Positions 41,776 through 55,055 of a DNA stretch of 64,000 nt are shown here, in pieces. A model generated the notes under the pieces. That model had not been told where the DNA came from. It saw nothing but the letters and a program-made list of their open reading frames with translations, and searched no databases. The position numbers and the translations under genes are program-made. Position 1 is the stretch's first letter; each line of letters opens with the position of its first letter. Source of the DNA: Neocallimastix sp. 'constans' (lineage: Eukaryota); contig JBODTK010000119.1 of NCBI GenBank assembly GCA_050613775.1, positions 62,001 to 126,000 on the forward strand, read 5' to 3'.

Positions 41776-42844
41776 TTTTTTTAATCAATTTATCTATTAT
41801 AATATATATATATATTTTTTAAAATAAAAATTATAATAATTAATATTAAATAATGAAATTTATTTTTATAATTATTGTTATTATTAAATAATATATATTA
41901 GAATTTATTGATATTATATTTTTAAATAAAATTTACTAAATTGAATTTTAAATATCAAAAATAACATTAAATGATTGGTCATTTTTTTTATTTGGAAATT
42001 TTTTGGTATAAAAGAAAATATTTTATGAATAAACAAAGATTTCTTTTTTTTAATATTAAATTAATAAAGAAGTTAAAAAAATATATTAATATTATTGAAT
42101 GCATTAATATATTATAAGTATGTATAAATGCATTTAATAATGTGATTAATTATATTGAAATTATTATTACAGACCAATATTGTGGGTTAAATGTTTATTT
42201 CTCCTGTTCATTATGACCCCTACCTTGAGTCTAATAAAAAATTGAAATTCTAAGCTGGGCGTTGTGTATGGTTTATTCTTTTATCGCAACAACAACTTGG
42301 GAATAGATTAAATGACACTATTGCTCATACCAGATTTCAGAAATTTTATGTAATAAAAAATACAATAAAATATTCAAATAAAAAAAAAATTGAAAGGTTT
42401 TTTTATTTTTTTTTTTTATTTTTTAATTTTTATTAGTATTTAATATATATATGAATTTGAAAATTGAAAAATTGAAAATTAAATGTATTATGTTTAATAA
42501 GTGTAGATATATACTAATGTTCAAATTTTATGCACGACTTACGAAGTTGTTCATATTTAATGTTATTTATTAAAGTAAAAAAAAATTATTTATATATTTT
42601 AATATACAAAAAAAAATATAAAAAGTTATTTTCAGATTGATGTTTAATTTAATTTATTTATTAATTTTTTTACTAATGAATATGCATTTAAAAAAATTTT
42701 TTTTATACAGTGATTATATTATTATTATTAAAATTGGTATTTAATTGTAATATTTAAAAAATAATAATGTATTTAATTACATATTATATTTAATAGATTT
42801 TACAATTTGTATTTATTTATTTATTATTATTAATAGTATTTTAG

Positions 42845-44222
42845 TTAATTATCAACATCCATATTATCATCCTTAGAACCCATTTTTTTTGGTAAAGCAT
42901 TTTTAGGAATAGAAAGGCTATATGTTGGGAATTTTATATCATTAAAAATATTCTTGTAAACTTCATTTTTGGTATTGAAAGCCCAAGCAAAACAGTAATG
43001 TTGTGCAATAAGTTTCCATTCTTCAATTTCATCAAAAATTTCAATTAACATTTGTCTAATAATTTGAAATATATATATATATATATATATGAATTTAGTC
43101 TTTTTTTTCTTCCTTTTTTTTTTTTTTTTTATTTTTTTATTATTTTATTTTTTTTATTTATATATATATATTAACCTATGATATTCTGATGGATCAATAT
43201 GACTATTAAAGAAGTAATTAATATTAATTGCATAAGCTTGATCCCATCCACGACTAAGATATCTCTTCTTTTGATCTTCAAGATCTGGATAAGCATCAAT
43301 ACCCTTTAATTCAATATTTCTTGCCTATAAATTATATATATAAATATATAAATGTTAATCAATAATATTAATAAAAAGTTTTATAAACTAATATATATAT
43401 ATATATATATATATTAATCTATGACATATTTGATTTATAATATTTATATTTATCGTATTAACCTTTAAATTCTTAATCATCATTTGACCAAAAGCATCAT
43501 TTGGTAAAATTTGTTCATAAGCTAAAATCATTGCTGTTGGAACGTTATCACTAATCCATTTAACAATAGCATCAGAATCCATTGGATCCATATAAATCAT
43601 AACGCATTCTGAAAGGAACATTGTTGGCAAGCTTTTTTTTTTTTTTTTTTTTTTTAGAAAATTATAATAATAATAAAATATTATTATAATTAAATTGATT
43701 ATTATTTTATATTTCATTTGTAATTATTATTATTACAGTTTTATTTTAATGATTACTTTATATCGAAGCCATGCTGTTTAAGCTTTTCAACAACCTTTGT
43801 AGTAAAGAATTTTAAATCTTCACTAATAATATAATAATCCTTTCCATAAAGTTCAGTATTACCATTATCTTTAATAATAATAATAAAATAAAAATGAGGA
43901 TTTAGGGGTTAGTATATATTAAATTAACGAAGAAGAATAAAAAAAAAAAAATAAATAAAAAAAATAAAGATTTATAATCATTATATTTATATTTAAATTG
44001 TAATTTATATTTACTAATTTCATAATCGCCAATAAGATTACTAATTTGTTTATTACGTTTAATAGTTTGAATTTTTTTAAAAGTAATTTGTGGAAAATCG
44101 ATTTCGAAGAATTTAAATGGTTGCTTGTTTTCTTGCTATGTTATTATTATTATTTTTATAAATATATAAATTAATATAAATTTTATTTCCAATTGATGAA
44201 TATATAATATTTATAAAATTAG

Positions 44223-44257
<35 letters not shown>

Positions 44258-44462
44258 AATTAGAATATTACTATTATTATTATTAATAAAATAATATTTT
44301 TAATAATATTACTACAATATTCTAAATTTAAATGTTTACTTTTAAGTTAAAGTATTTAGTATCAGATCCAGCACCCAAAACAACAATTTGCTTATTCATA
44401 TCACCAGCTTCAAGGAATTTATTAATAAATATATCAAAACCCATAAATCTAGCATAAGAACC

Positions 44463-44506
<44 letters not shown>

Positions 44507-45051
44507 TTTATTTTTATTATTATTATTATTTTTATTATTTGATATATTATTATCTTTAATCATAAAATTTATTTTGTCATATAGAAGATTTCATTTAATT
44601 GTATAAATAATAAAATATAATATATTTTTTAAATTTGTTAAAACATTAAAAAAAAAAATTACCTCTATTAATAATAGGTGGTCTTCTTTCGTTAGTTCTT
44701 CTGGTAAAGAATTTTACGTAATCATCTTTAAAGTAACCAAGATTTACAGCTGAACTATAAATTAGTAATTAATCATTAATTATATTTAATAAATTGAATT
44801 TCATATCATATATTAGTAATTTATTTATATTCATTATTATTTTAAATTGTTAATTTATGTAAAATGTATAATTATTACCATCTACTTTCAACAGCAGAGT
44901 CATTGGTGCCACGAACAGCATCTTCAGCTGAATCACCTATACTTCCGTAGGCAGTATCATAGCCTTGATAATGAAAACCAATTGGGGGACCAAGTGGCAT
45001 TACATTTTTTGGTTGTTCATCTTCAAAACGTTGCGGTAAACGATATGGCAT
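42845..45051 (-). CDS. PPM1: Leucine carboxyl methyltransferase 1 (PP2A methyltransferase), multi-exon
   Basis: Spliced translation contains DAVRGTNDSAVESRCSAVNLGYFKDDY, RRPPIINRGSYAR, QIVVLGAGSDTKYF, FFEIDFP, PTMFLSECVMIYM, YEQILPNDAFGQMMIKNL and IFDEIEEWKLIAQHYC. Confidence 0.93.
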
Positions 45052-45266
45052 GTTTGAATTTTTTTTATAAAAACTTATATTAAGTTTTCTATAAAGGTTG
45101 ATAATATTTATATTAAAATTTGAATATTTAAATTTCGTTAATTAGCATTTGAAAAATATTAAAAATTAATATTGATATTAAATTTTGATGATAGTTATAT
45201 TATGATATATGTATTTTATTTTTTATAAAAAAAAATTATGAAATTAATTGCTTAAATTAATAAATT

Positions 45267-45314
<48 letters not shown>

Positions 45315-46663
45315 AAAATAAAAGAATTAGGTATTATCTATGAATATAAGAATTAGTTAAACGATTAATGAAGAAAAAAAAAAAAGATTGTAATTTCATT
45401 TAGAAAAAAATAGGAAAAGTATTCTATATAATTAAACTCGAAAAAATGTTTATATATATTATTTTTTATATACTTAATTACTATTTTTTATGTATGTATC
45501 ATACTTTAATAATTATTTCTTTTTAAATGGTTTAAGAAAAAAAAAAAAAAAAAAAGTATTTTGATTAATATATTTTTAAATTGAATTTTTAATTAAACTT
45601 AATTTATAAGCGATTAATATAATCTTTTATATTATTTACATATTTAAATTATAAATAATTTAATCATTAATTATGTAAGTAGATAAATGTGAAAATTTAA
45701 GTAAATATATAAATATATACATTTCAATAAATAAATAAATAAATAAATAAGTAAATAAATAAATTAGTAAATAAATAAATAATAAATAAATATAAATTAA
45801 TAAATAAATTAATATATATATAAATAATATATAAAATTATTTTAAATAACAAAAATAAAACATAATTATAAAATTTTTATTAGAATAAAAATACATTATT
45901 ATTTAGTTAATTTAATTAAATAATTAATTATTGAAAATTCAATATACATTTTTAGAGTAATAATGAACGACTTTTAAAGTTTTAAGGTATTTATTAAAAG
46001 TTTAAATTTTTTTTTTTTTTTTTTTTTCGAAATATTTTATTTTTTAATATATTTATATAAGTATAAAAAAAATAAAAATATATATTCAAAAAAAAAAAAA
46101 AAAAAAAAAAAAATGGTAATAAAAATAAAAATAAACAAAAAAAAGTATTTAATAAAAAATGATAAACTAAAAATTTAACTTTTTTTTTAATCTTAAATAA
46201 TTGTAAATTAAAGGAAAAAAATATAAATCTATATAAAATATATTAAATTAAGTTTTATGAAATCAACCACTAGATTTATGAAAGTTTATAAAATAAAAAT
46301 TGAATGTTATAGTCATTAATAGGAATAATGACAAATTTCACAAATTTCACTTATTTTACTTATTTCAAATATTATAAATATTTATTATTTAAAAAGTTTT
46401 TTAATTATAAAAAAAAAATATCGACAATTAGGAAAAAAAAAAAAAAATAGTAGAGAAAAATAATATATGAATAATTTTGCTCTTAATAATCATATCATTT
46501 TTGAAATTAAAAATATAAATCAATTTTTTATTTCTAATATTATTATCAAAGCTGTATTACAATTACAATTATAATATATAATAAATTATTATTGTTATTA
46601 CTTTGAATTAGTTTGAAATATAAAGTTTTGTATTTTATCAAATAATTGTCAAAAAAAAAAAAA

Positions 46664-48956
46664 ATGAGTAGTAATTATGAGGGTGAACTGGATTATAATT
46701 CACATTATTTAAAATTATGTGATAAATATAATATAAATCCAATAAATATGAACTTGTTATTGGATCAGTCTCATAATAATGATGTTCATGAAATGATGAT
46801 CAAATGGACTCTTTCAACTCAATTCAAAAAAATGTCTTCTCAAGAAAAAATTGATATTATGAAAAAGGTATTAGTTTAGATAAAAATTATTTGTATTTAT
46901 ATTATATTTAATGGAGGAAATTTTGGCCAAATTGTATAAATATAGTATTTTTAAATTAATAAATTTTTTTTATTAAATACTATTAATATATATATTACAA
47001 ATTTTTACTAGAAAATTAAAATATTATGGGATTTAATAAATGATCAAACAAAAATAGATAAATTATATCTTTCTCAGTGCTATTTTGCATTTAGTACAAG
47101 AGGATTTTCGAAAATTGCAAAACTTTTATCGACAAATAATTTTATAAAAGAACTTTATTTAAAAAATAATCATTTAAAGTAATACTAATTTAACATAAGT
47201 ATTAATATAACAATTAAAATTAATATATGTATTTAATATTGATATCTATTTTACTTTTATAATAATAATAATAAAAAAAAAAAAAAAAAAGGAAAGAAAA
47301 TATAGAAGATATTGTTGAAATAATAACCACTAATAAAACTATTACAACGTAATCTATTTATTTACTTATATTATTATATAATATAATGTTTAAAAGATAA
47401 CTATAATAAACAGATATTCATATTTTTTTATAGATTAAATTTAGAAGAAAATCTTTTTGGTACTGATATCGATAATATGAAAAAAATTGGTTTAGCTTTA
47501 ATTAGAAACAGAACTTTGAAAGAAATAGTATTAAATCATAACAATATTACCTCTGAAGGGGCAGTAGAATTTATTAAATTTCTAAAAAAAAATAAATCAA
47601 TCAGGAAAATTGGTATATATATATATATTATTTAATAATAAGAATTATTATGTCAAAGGACAAATTTTTATTAATATTTGATATTAAATAATATTATAAA
47701 ACAAAAATTTTAGGATTAAAATATAATAAATTTGGAAACTCTTTCGCAAAATATATTTTAGGTTATTTACCTCATGAATCTTTAAGAGAGTTAGATTTAT
47801 TTGGAAATAATATTGATTCAAGTATATTAAAAAAAATAGGTAAAGTATTTAAAAATTATAAATAAAATTTTATTTTAAAATATTAGAAAATGATTAATTA
47901 TAAAAATTTAAATATTGTTAAAAAACACAAAGAGCAAAAACTACTAAATATAAAAAATAAAAATGAAAAGAATTATTCGGAAAATAAAGAAAACATAAAG
48001 AATGATAATAAAAAAAAAATTTCAGCATATGATAATAAATCCAATATTTCGAAAATTTCTGATGATCCATTTGATATTAATATAGATTCAAGTACAGATT
48101 TAGCCTCAAACTATAAGTCAGAAAATAATAATTACAAAAACAATAGTTTCAATAGTAATGATAAAAAAATGTTTTCAGATATTTCAGATAATGAAAACGA
48201 CATTTTATCAAGTTCTGAAATTAAAAGAAAAATTGATAAAATGAAAGAAGAAGAAATTACAGAAAAGAAAAATGAAAAACAATATTCAGATTTTGATCTC
48301 AGTCAATCAGAAACAATTGATGACTTTATTAAACAGCTATCATCTCTGGTAAATATTTCAATTGATGATTTTCTTGCATTCTGTTTAAATTCAGACAGAA
48401 AAAGTAAATTAAAAGCCAATGATAAAACATTAAATAATAAATACAATTTTAACAAAGATTTTAATGATAACTATTTATTTTCAGACAATTTATATTGTAA
48501 GAACTTTTTTTTACTATTTCATTCATATAAAAATATTAAAATTTATTTATTTAATATTTATCTAATATTTTAATGAAATTTTAATTAATAGATAATAATT
48601 TTAATAAAAACTCAATGAATGATAAGATAAATCAATACAATAATAATTATGATGGTTATCATCATTATGAAAATCAAGAAAAGTATAATTATAATGAATT
48701 AAATAACAGAAATAATTCGATTTATGAAAATTTAAAAGATATTGTTAATAATAATAATAATAATGACATTGAAAGTAATAATATTTATAAATAAATATAT
48801 TAATATTTATAATTAAAAAATATTAAAGATATAATTTAATTTATATTTAAAACTAGATATAATAGGCAATGAGATAACATACAATAATAGTAATAATGAG
48901 AACAGCAAAAAATATAAAAATAATAATGAAAGCATTAATAATGTCAATATAAACAG

Positions 48957-49047
<91 letters not shown>

Positions 49048-50794
49048 TTTAATTCCAATGTTAGTTTTAGTGACGTAAACAATAGTAGCAATGAGAGTTT
49101 AAAAAATAACAAAAATAATAATTATACTGATAATAAATATTATAATGAAAAAGTTGTGGATCAAAGCAATACAAGTAACGAAGAATGCTATTCTAAATCC
49201 AATTCTTCAAGTAATAGTGATATAAAACCCTTAGATAATAATATATATTTAAATTCCGCTTTTGAAAATCAAAATGAAAACATAAAAGAAGAGGATATAT
49301 CAGAAGTTAGCTCTATTAATAGTGATATATGCTTACCAAATAAAATTCTTTCTCCTGAATTAATATCACAAATAACACAAATAATGAAAGAAAATGAATT
49401 TTTAAAATCAAGAATGAAATTTCATGACGATAATGTTAGTAATTTGTTAAATAAAGTAATTTTAAATAAAGTCATTGATAATAAATATATAATATATTAC
49501 ATTTTCATAATTAAATTTTAGGTTTATCTAAATCCAGAAGAAATAGAATTATTAAATAAGGAACATGAAAATTACATAAAAACTATTGAAAATTTAAAAC
49601 AAAAATTAATATTTTTTTCAAAAGAAAATGAAAAATTGAATGAAGAAATGGAATATATGAGGAAAAGAGAAGATTCAATCCTTAAACAATTTGAAGGTTT
49701 TACTATTAACAAAAAAATAATAACTAAATTTTATCTTTTTTTTTTTTTTTTTTTTTTTTTTGATAAAATTATCTAACAGTAAATAAATTATATTTATTTA
49801 ATATTAATTTTAGATAAATTATGTAATTTAGATATTCAATATGCAAAAAAATTCGAAGATAATGAATATGAATTAGAAAATAAATATATTAAAGATATTG
49901 AAAAGTATACTAATAATATTTCCGAATTAGAAAGAGAAAAAATTCTTCTTTGTAAAGTAAGTAAAATATAATAATATTTAAAATTTTCTTTATTAATATA
50001 TATACTTTAGAGAGATAATAATATATATAATTGTTACATAATAAATTATATAGACTCTTAAAATGATGGAAAATAAATTAAAAAGTTTAAAAGTTAAATC
50101 AGAAAACGAAAAAGAATGTCTCAAAAATCAGATGAAAAACAATATTGTAAGTATAATAAATTGAAATTTTAATTTTTCTTTTTTTTTTTTTTTTCTTTAA
50201 AAATAAGAATTAAAAAAAAAAAAAATATTGATAAATATATATTGAAATTATAAAATAATATAGGATAACAAGATTAGAATTATTCTTATGAAAGTTAAAG
50301 AATTTCAAAAACAAAAAGAAAGTTATGAGAGTAATATAGAACTTCTTAAAAAACAATATAATCAAGAATTAATTCAACAAGAAAATAAATCAAATGAAAA
50401 GGAAAAAATAATTGAAAAATTAGATTTGGAATTAACAAATAAAAAGAAAAAATTAGAATTATTAAATGAAAAAATGATGTCAATGCTGAATGAAATTAAT
50501 AATTTTAAAGTAAAATTTAAAAATATTGAATATGACATGAAAGTTGAAATAGAAAAAATTAAAGATGATTTTCGTGCAAGAGAGGTTAAATATCAAAATG
50601 AAATATCTATATTAAATGATAATTTAAATCAAAATCAAGAGATTATAATTAAATTAAAAACTGACATTAAAAGAAAAGAAGATGATATTAAAAACTTGCA
50701 TGAAAAAGAATCATTAAGGATGAAAGAATTAGAGACATCTATATTTCAATGTTTACATAAAAGCCCAAAAAAAATAACATCTAATTCCAAATAA
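46664..50794 (+). CDS. LRRC45-like protein: N-terminal RNI-like leucine-rich repeats, Asn-rich middle, C-terminal coiled coil; multi-exon
   Basis: Exons give ELYLKNNHLR, LNLEENLFGTD...NRTLKEIVLNHNNITSEGAVEF...NKSIRKIGLKYNKFG and LRELDLFGNNI. ORFs 49156 and 50288 supply a long coiled coil. Orthology is inferred from architecture. Confidence 0.7.
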
Positions 50795-51320
50795 ATAATA
50801 AATATTTTTAAAAATATATTTAAATAATATATTACTACTCTATATAATTTATTAATCTTATATATAAATTATTATAATTATAAATAAAATAATATATACC
50901 CGAAATAATTTAATAATCTTAATATTATAAAAAAAAAATAATTTATAAATAAATAAATAAATAAATAAATAAAATAAATAAATATAATATATTATATATT
51001 ATATATAATTAAGTAACATATTATAAATATATTAATTTTAAAATTTTAATTATTAAATCAATAAAAATTCTAGAAGTGAAATTATTTTTTATGATTTAAA
51101 GTTTTTAAAAATATTATGGTTATACAATAATAAATAACAATATAATACGAATTAAATGTATATATATATATTTTATTATACTATATTTTAAATTTTCATA
51201 AACCATTTAATTGATATTTATTTTTTATAGTTTAAACTTTTAGATAAGATGTTTTTGAAATAATTTTATATTGATTATAGAAAAATTTTATTTTATTAAT
51301 TGAAAAAAAGTAAAAAAGAA

Positions 51321-51354
<34 letters not shown>

Positions 51355-51412
51355 AAATAATAAAAATAATAAAAATAATAATAATAATTATAATATATAT
51401 GTGTATAAATTA

Positions 51413-51873
51413 ATGGATCCTACATATCAGAAGTTACAAGATAGTCTCCCACTTCTTCCAGGAAATAATTTTGAGTTAAGTAGAAAATTTCTTCCAAATT
51501 TTAGGAAATCTCATGCTTTCGATAAAAAAAATGATATTCGTATAATTAACGAGAATAAACCTGGAATTGGTAAAGGATATTAAAATAATGATTATAATAA
51601 GTTATTGAATAGTATAGTTATATAATATTACTTAATATATATATATATATATTTTTTTTAATTAAAAAAAAAAATAATAATAATAATAAATGACTACCAC
51701 AAAAATATAAATGGAATATTAATATAAAATTATATTAATGATGCCATAAATATTCAAAGGTGGTATACCATTACCATTTGTTGAACAAGATAATGTTAAG
51801 ACATCTATTTCTGCATATCCAAAAAGTGAAGGAACTGAAAGCATACCAGCATGGATTGCATTCGATAGAAAAG

Positions 51874-51911
<38 letters not shown>

Positions 51912-53993
51912 GATAAAAAATTTTTAATAAATTTAATAAGGAATAATTTAATTAATTATTATAATTTTAATATCATATACCGAAAAAAAGGTATTAAGAT
52001 TTTATGCATATTTCATTGAAGATGTACATGAAAGAAGAGATGAACGTTATCGTATTAGAAAGTATATAGAAATTTATTCAACTATGATTTATTATATATA
52101 TATATATATAAATTCTGTATTAATAATTAATTAATAAAAATATAGAGTAATTATTTATTTCTACCTTGAAGATGATTCAGTTCATATTATTGAGCCAAAA
52201 ATTTTAAATAGTGGAATTCCACAATGTAAATTATATTAATTAAATATAATAATTAATTATTACATATTATTAATCATGATTATATTACAAATAATTAAAC
52301 TTTTTATTTTCTTTCTTTCAATAGCTGATTTTTTAAGGAGACATAAAGTTCCTTTACCTGATGGTCCAAAGAATCAACATTACACAGTTCTTGATTTTAA
52401 TGTTGGAAAAGTATTAAAGATTTATTCAAGAGATTTTGTTGTAATTGGTTGTGATGAATTTACACGTGTATGTATTTTTCTTATGCCTGATAGAAATATA
52501 TCATTTTTACAAATTATTAAAGTTTCATTAATAACTTTTTAAAAAATTTCAAATAAATAGAGTTTCTTAACAAATTTGGGTGTTCAAGTTCCACCAAATT
52601 CAGATTATCCAAGTGATCCGTTCTCTGAAAATAGAAAGGATGAATTAAATAGGTATTTAATAATTAATTTTATTGATATATTTATATAATATTAATATTA
52701 TATATTTATTAAAATTTCTTTAATCTACATATAAGGATAAAACCAAAACGTCCATACAAGGCAGATCTTTCATTTAGAAAGTTCCTCGAAAATGATAGGC
52801 ATGTTTTACGTTTCTATTGTATATGGGATGATAGAAATACAGCATTTGGCGATAAACGTAAATTGGTATATATTAATATAAAATTTAAAAATAATTAATA
52901 CCTAATAAAATATATTTTAAATATATTATATATTATATTTTATGAATATATATAATAAATAAATATTAATAAAAATGAATTTTTGATGATATAAATAATA
53001 AAAAATCATTATTATAAAAGACTTTACATTATTATTTATCGGATGATACTATTGAAATTTTAGAACATTTCCCACATAATTCGGGTCGTATTGAATCAAC
53101 TCAATTTCTTAAAAGATCAAGTTTACCAAAAAAAGTTGTATTACAAGACATTAATATGGAAAAATGTAAAGAATCACCAACAAATGAATATTACAGAGAT
53201 TATGATCTTGGTATTGGTATTACATTAGATGTATATAATAGAAAAATTGTAATTTGTGATTGTGATGAATTTACTCGTAATTATTATTATGAAAGATATG
53301 GTATTAGAATGCTGGATAATGTAGAATTCGAACAATATGATAATGTAGAAGATGAATCATACGTAATACCCCCAGCATCTCCTTTAATTGAAAAACCTGT
53401 TGTAAAAAATTTCCAAAAATTCATTACATGGGAAAAAGTAATTTTAAGATATCTTGCTGTTTTAAATACAGATAAGCAATTAGATATTGATAGAAGATTT
53501 ATTATTACTTATCACTTAGAAGATGATACAATTAGTGTATATGAACCACAACAAAGAAATAGTGGAATAATTCATACTAAATTTTTAGGTAAATAATATT
53601 TACATTAAATATATATATATAAGAATTAATAAACATCTTATATATTTAATTAAATATTATTCAAATTTACGTAATTAACTTTTATTAAAAAATATAGAAC
53701 GTAATCCTGTAAAAAAAGAGCCAAATAATCCAGCAAATCCAGACACTTATAAACCAGAAGACTTTTATATTGGTAATAAAATATATAGTTTAGACAATTT
53801 TTTATTATTTTTTTTAAAGGTTTTGAGTTAAAAATTAAAAATTAACTAATTTAATATATATATAATAGGGGCACAAGTTGTATTGTGGTCACATCCATTT
53901 TTAATTGTCGGAGCTGATGAATTTGCAATTAATTTCATGAAGAATCATCCACAAATGTTCCCAAAGGCAAATGAATCAAACGAAAATAAATAA
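51413..53993 (+). CDS. EFHC1/EFHC2 (Rib72)-like axonemal protein with three DM10 domains; multi-exon
   Basis: N-terminal [11 protein letters not shown]10-1: [17 protein letters not shown]...[12 protein letters not shown]...NSGIPQ. DM10-2: [15 protein letters not shown]...[14 protein letters not shown]10-3: VILRYLA...[20 protein letters not shown]. Stop at 53991-53993. Confidence 0.9.
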
Positions 53994-54263
53994 ATAAATA
54001 AATAAACAAATAAACAAATAAATAAACAAACAAATAAATAAATAAATATATAATTATTCATATTATTTATCATAATTAATTTTTTTTTTTTATTGTTTTT
54101 GTTTTTTCGATCTTTAAAATTATGTCAATCATTTATGTAAAAGTTTTATTATATTTAATTTTTTTATATTTTAATTGTTCATTTTCATTTAAATTATAAA
54201 TATTTGTGTTTAATGTAATAAATATTATATATATGTATAAAATATTGTAATTTCAAATAATAG

Positions 54264-54297
<34 letters not shown>

Positions 54298-54369
54298 AAT
54301 AGAATTAAGAATGATAAAAGTTTATTATATAATAAAATAAATAATAAAAATTTAGTTTTTTAGAAAAAA

Positions 54370-54792
54370 AGTGTAGTATTAATAAAAATAAAATACAATA
54401 AAAAAATAAAATAAGTGTAGTATAAAAATAAAATACAATAAAAAAATAAAATAAGTGTAGTATAAAAATAAAATACAATAAAAAAATAAAATAAGTGTAG
54501 TATAAAAATAAAATACAATAAAAAAATAAAATAAGTGTAGTATTAATAAAAATAAAAATACAATAAAAAAATAAAAAAAGTGAAAGATTAATAAAAATAA
54601 AATACAATAAAAAAATAAAATAAGTGAAAGATTAATAAAAATAAAATACAATAAAAAAAATATAATAAGTGAAAGATTAATAAAAATAAAATACAATAAA
54701 AAAATAAAATAAGTGAAAGATTAATAAAAATAAAATACAATAAAAAAATAAAATAAGTGAAAGATTAATAAAAATAAAATACAATAAAAAAT
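54370..54792 (+). repeat. Tandem minisatellite, about 10 units of 40-44 bp
   Basis: aataaaatacaataaaaaaataaaataagtg followed by tagtat in the first copies and aaagatt in the later copies. Confidence 0.9.
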
Positions 54793-55055
54793 GAAATAAT
54801 ATGATAAATTGTGAAATAATATTAAATAATATTAAATGAGTAATGTATAATAAATATATATATGTATAAAAGAGAGAAAAAAGAATTAAAATAAATAATA
54901 AAAAAATTTGCTTTTTAAAGTTATTATAATTTTATAGACTATAAAATTCATTTTAAAATATTTAAAGTTTATAGATTTTCCATTTCATTTTCAATTATTA
55001 AATATAAACAAAATTACAACTTATGATAAAATTATAATTATGAATTTAAAGAACA

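Noticed and set aside
42254..42305. Resemblance to the SRP RNA Alu 5' end, or a telomerase RNA beside RAP1
   Set aside because: No SRP helix-8 motif follows, and no convincing telomeric template sequence is visible.
54305..54696. Hydrophobic repeat ORFs on the minus strand
   Set aside because: Translations of the 40-44 bp minisatellite.
50800..55055. RFX X-box motifs upstream of the ciliary genes
   Set aside because: No convincing GTT...AAC palindromic match was found by eye.
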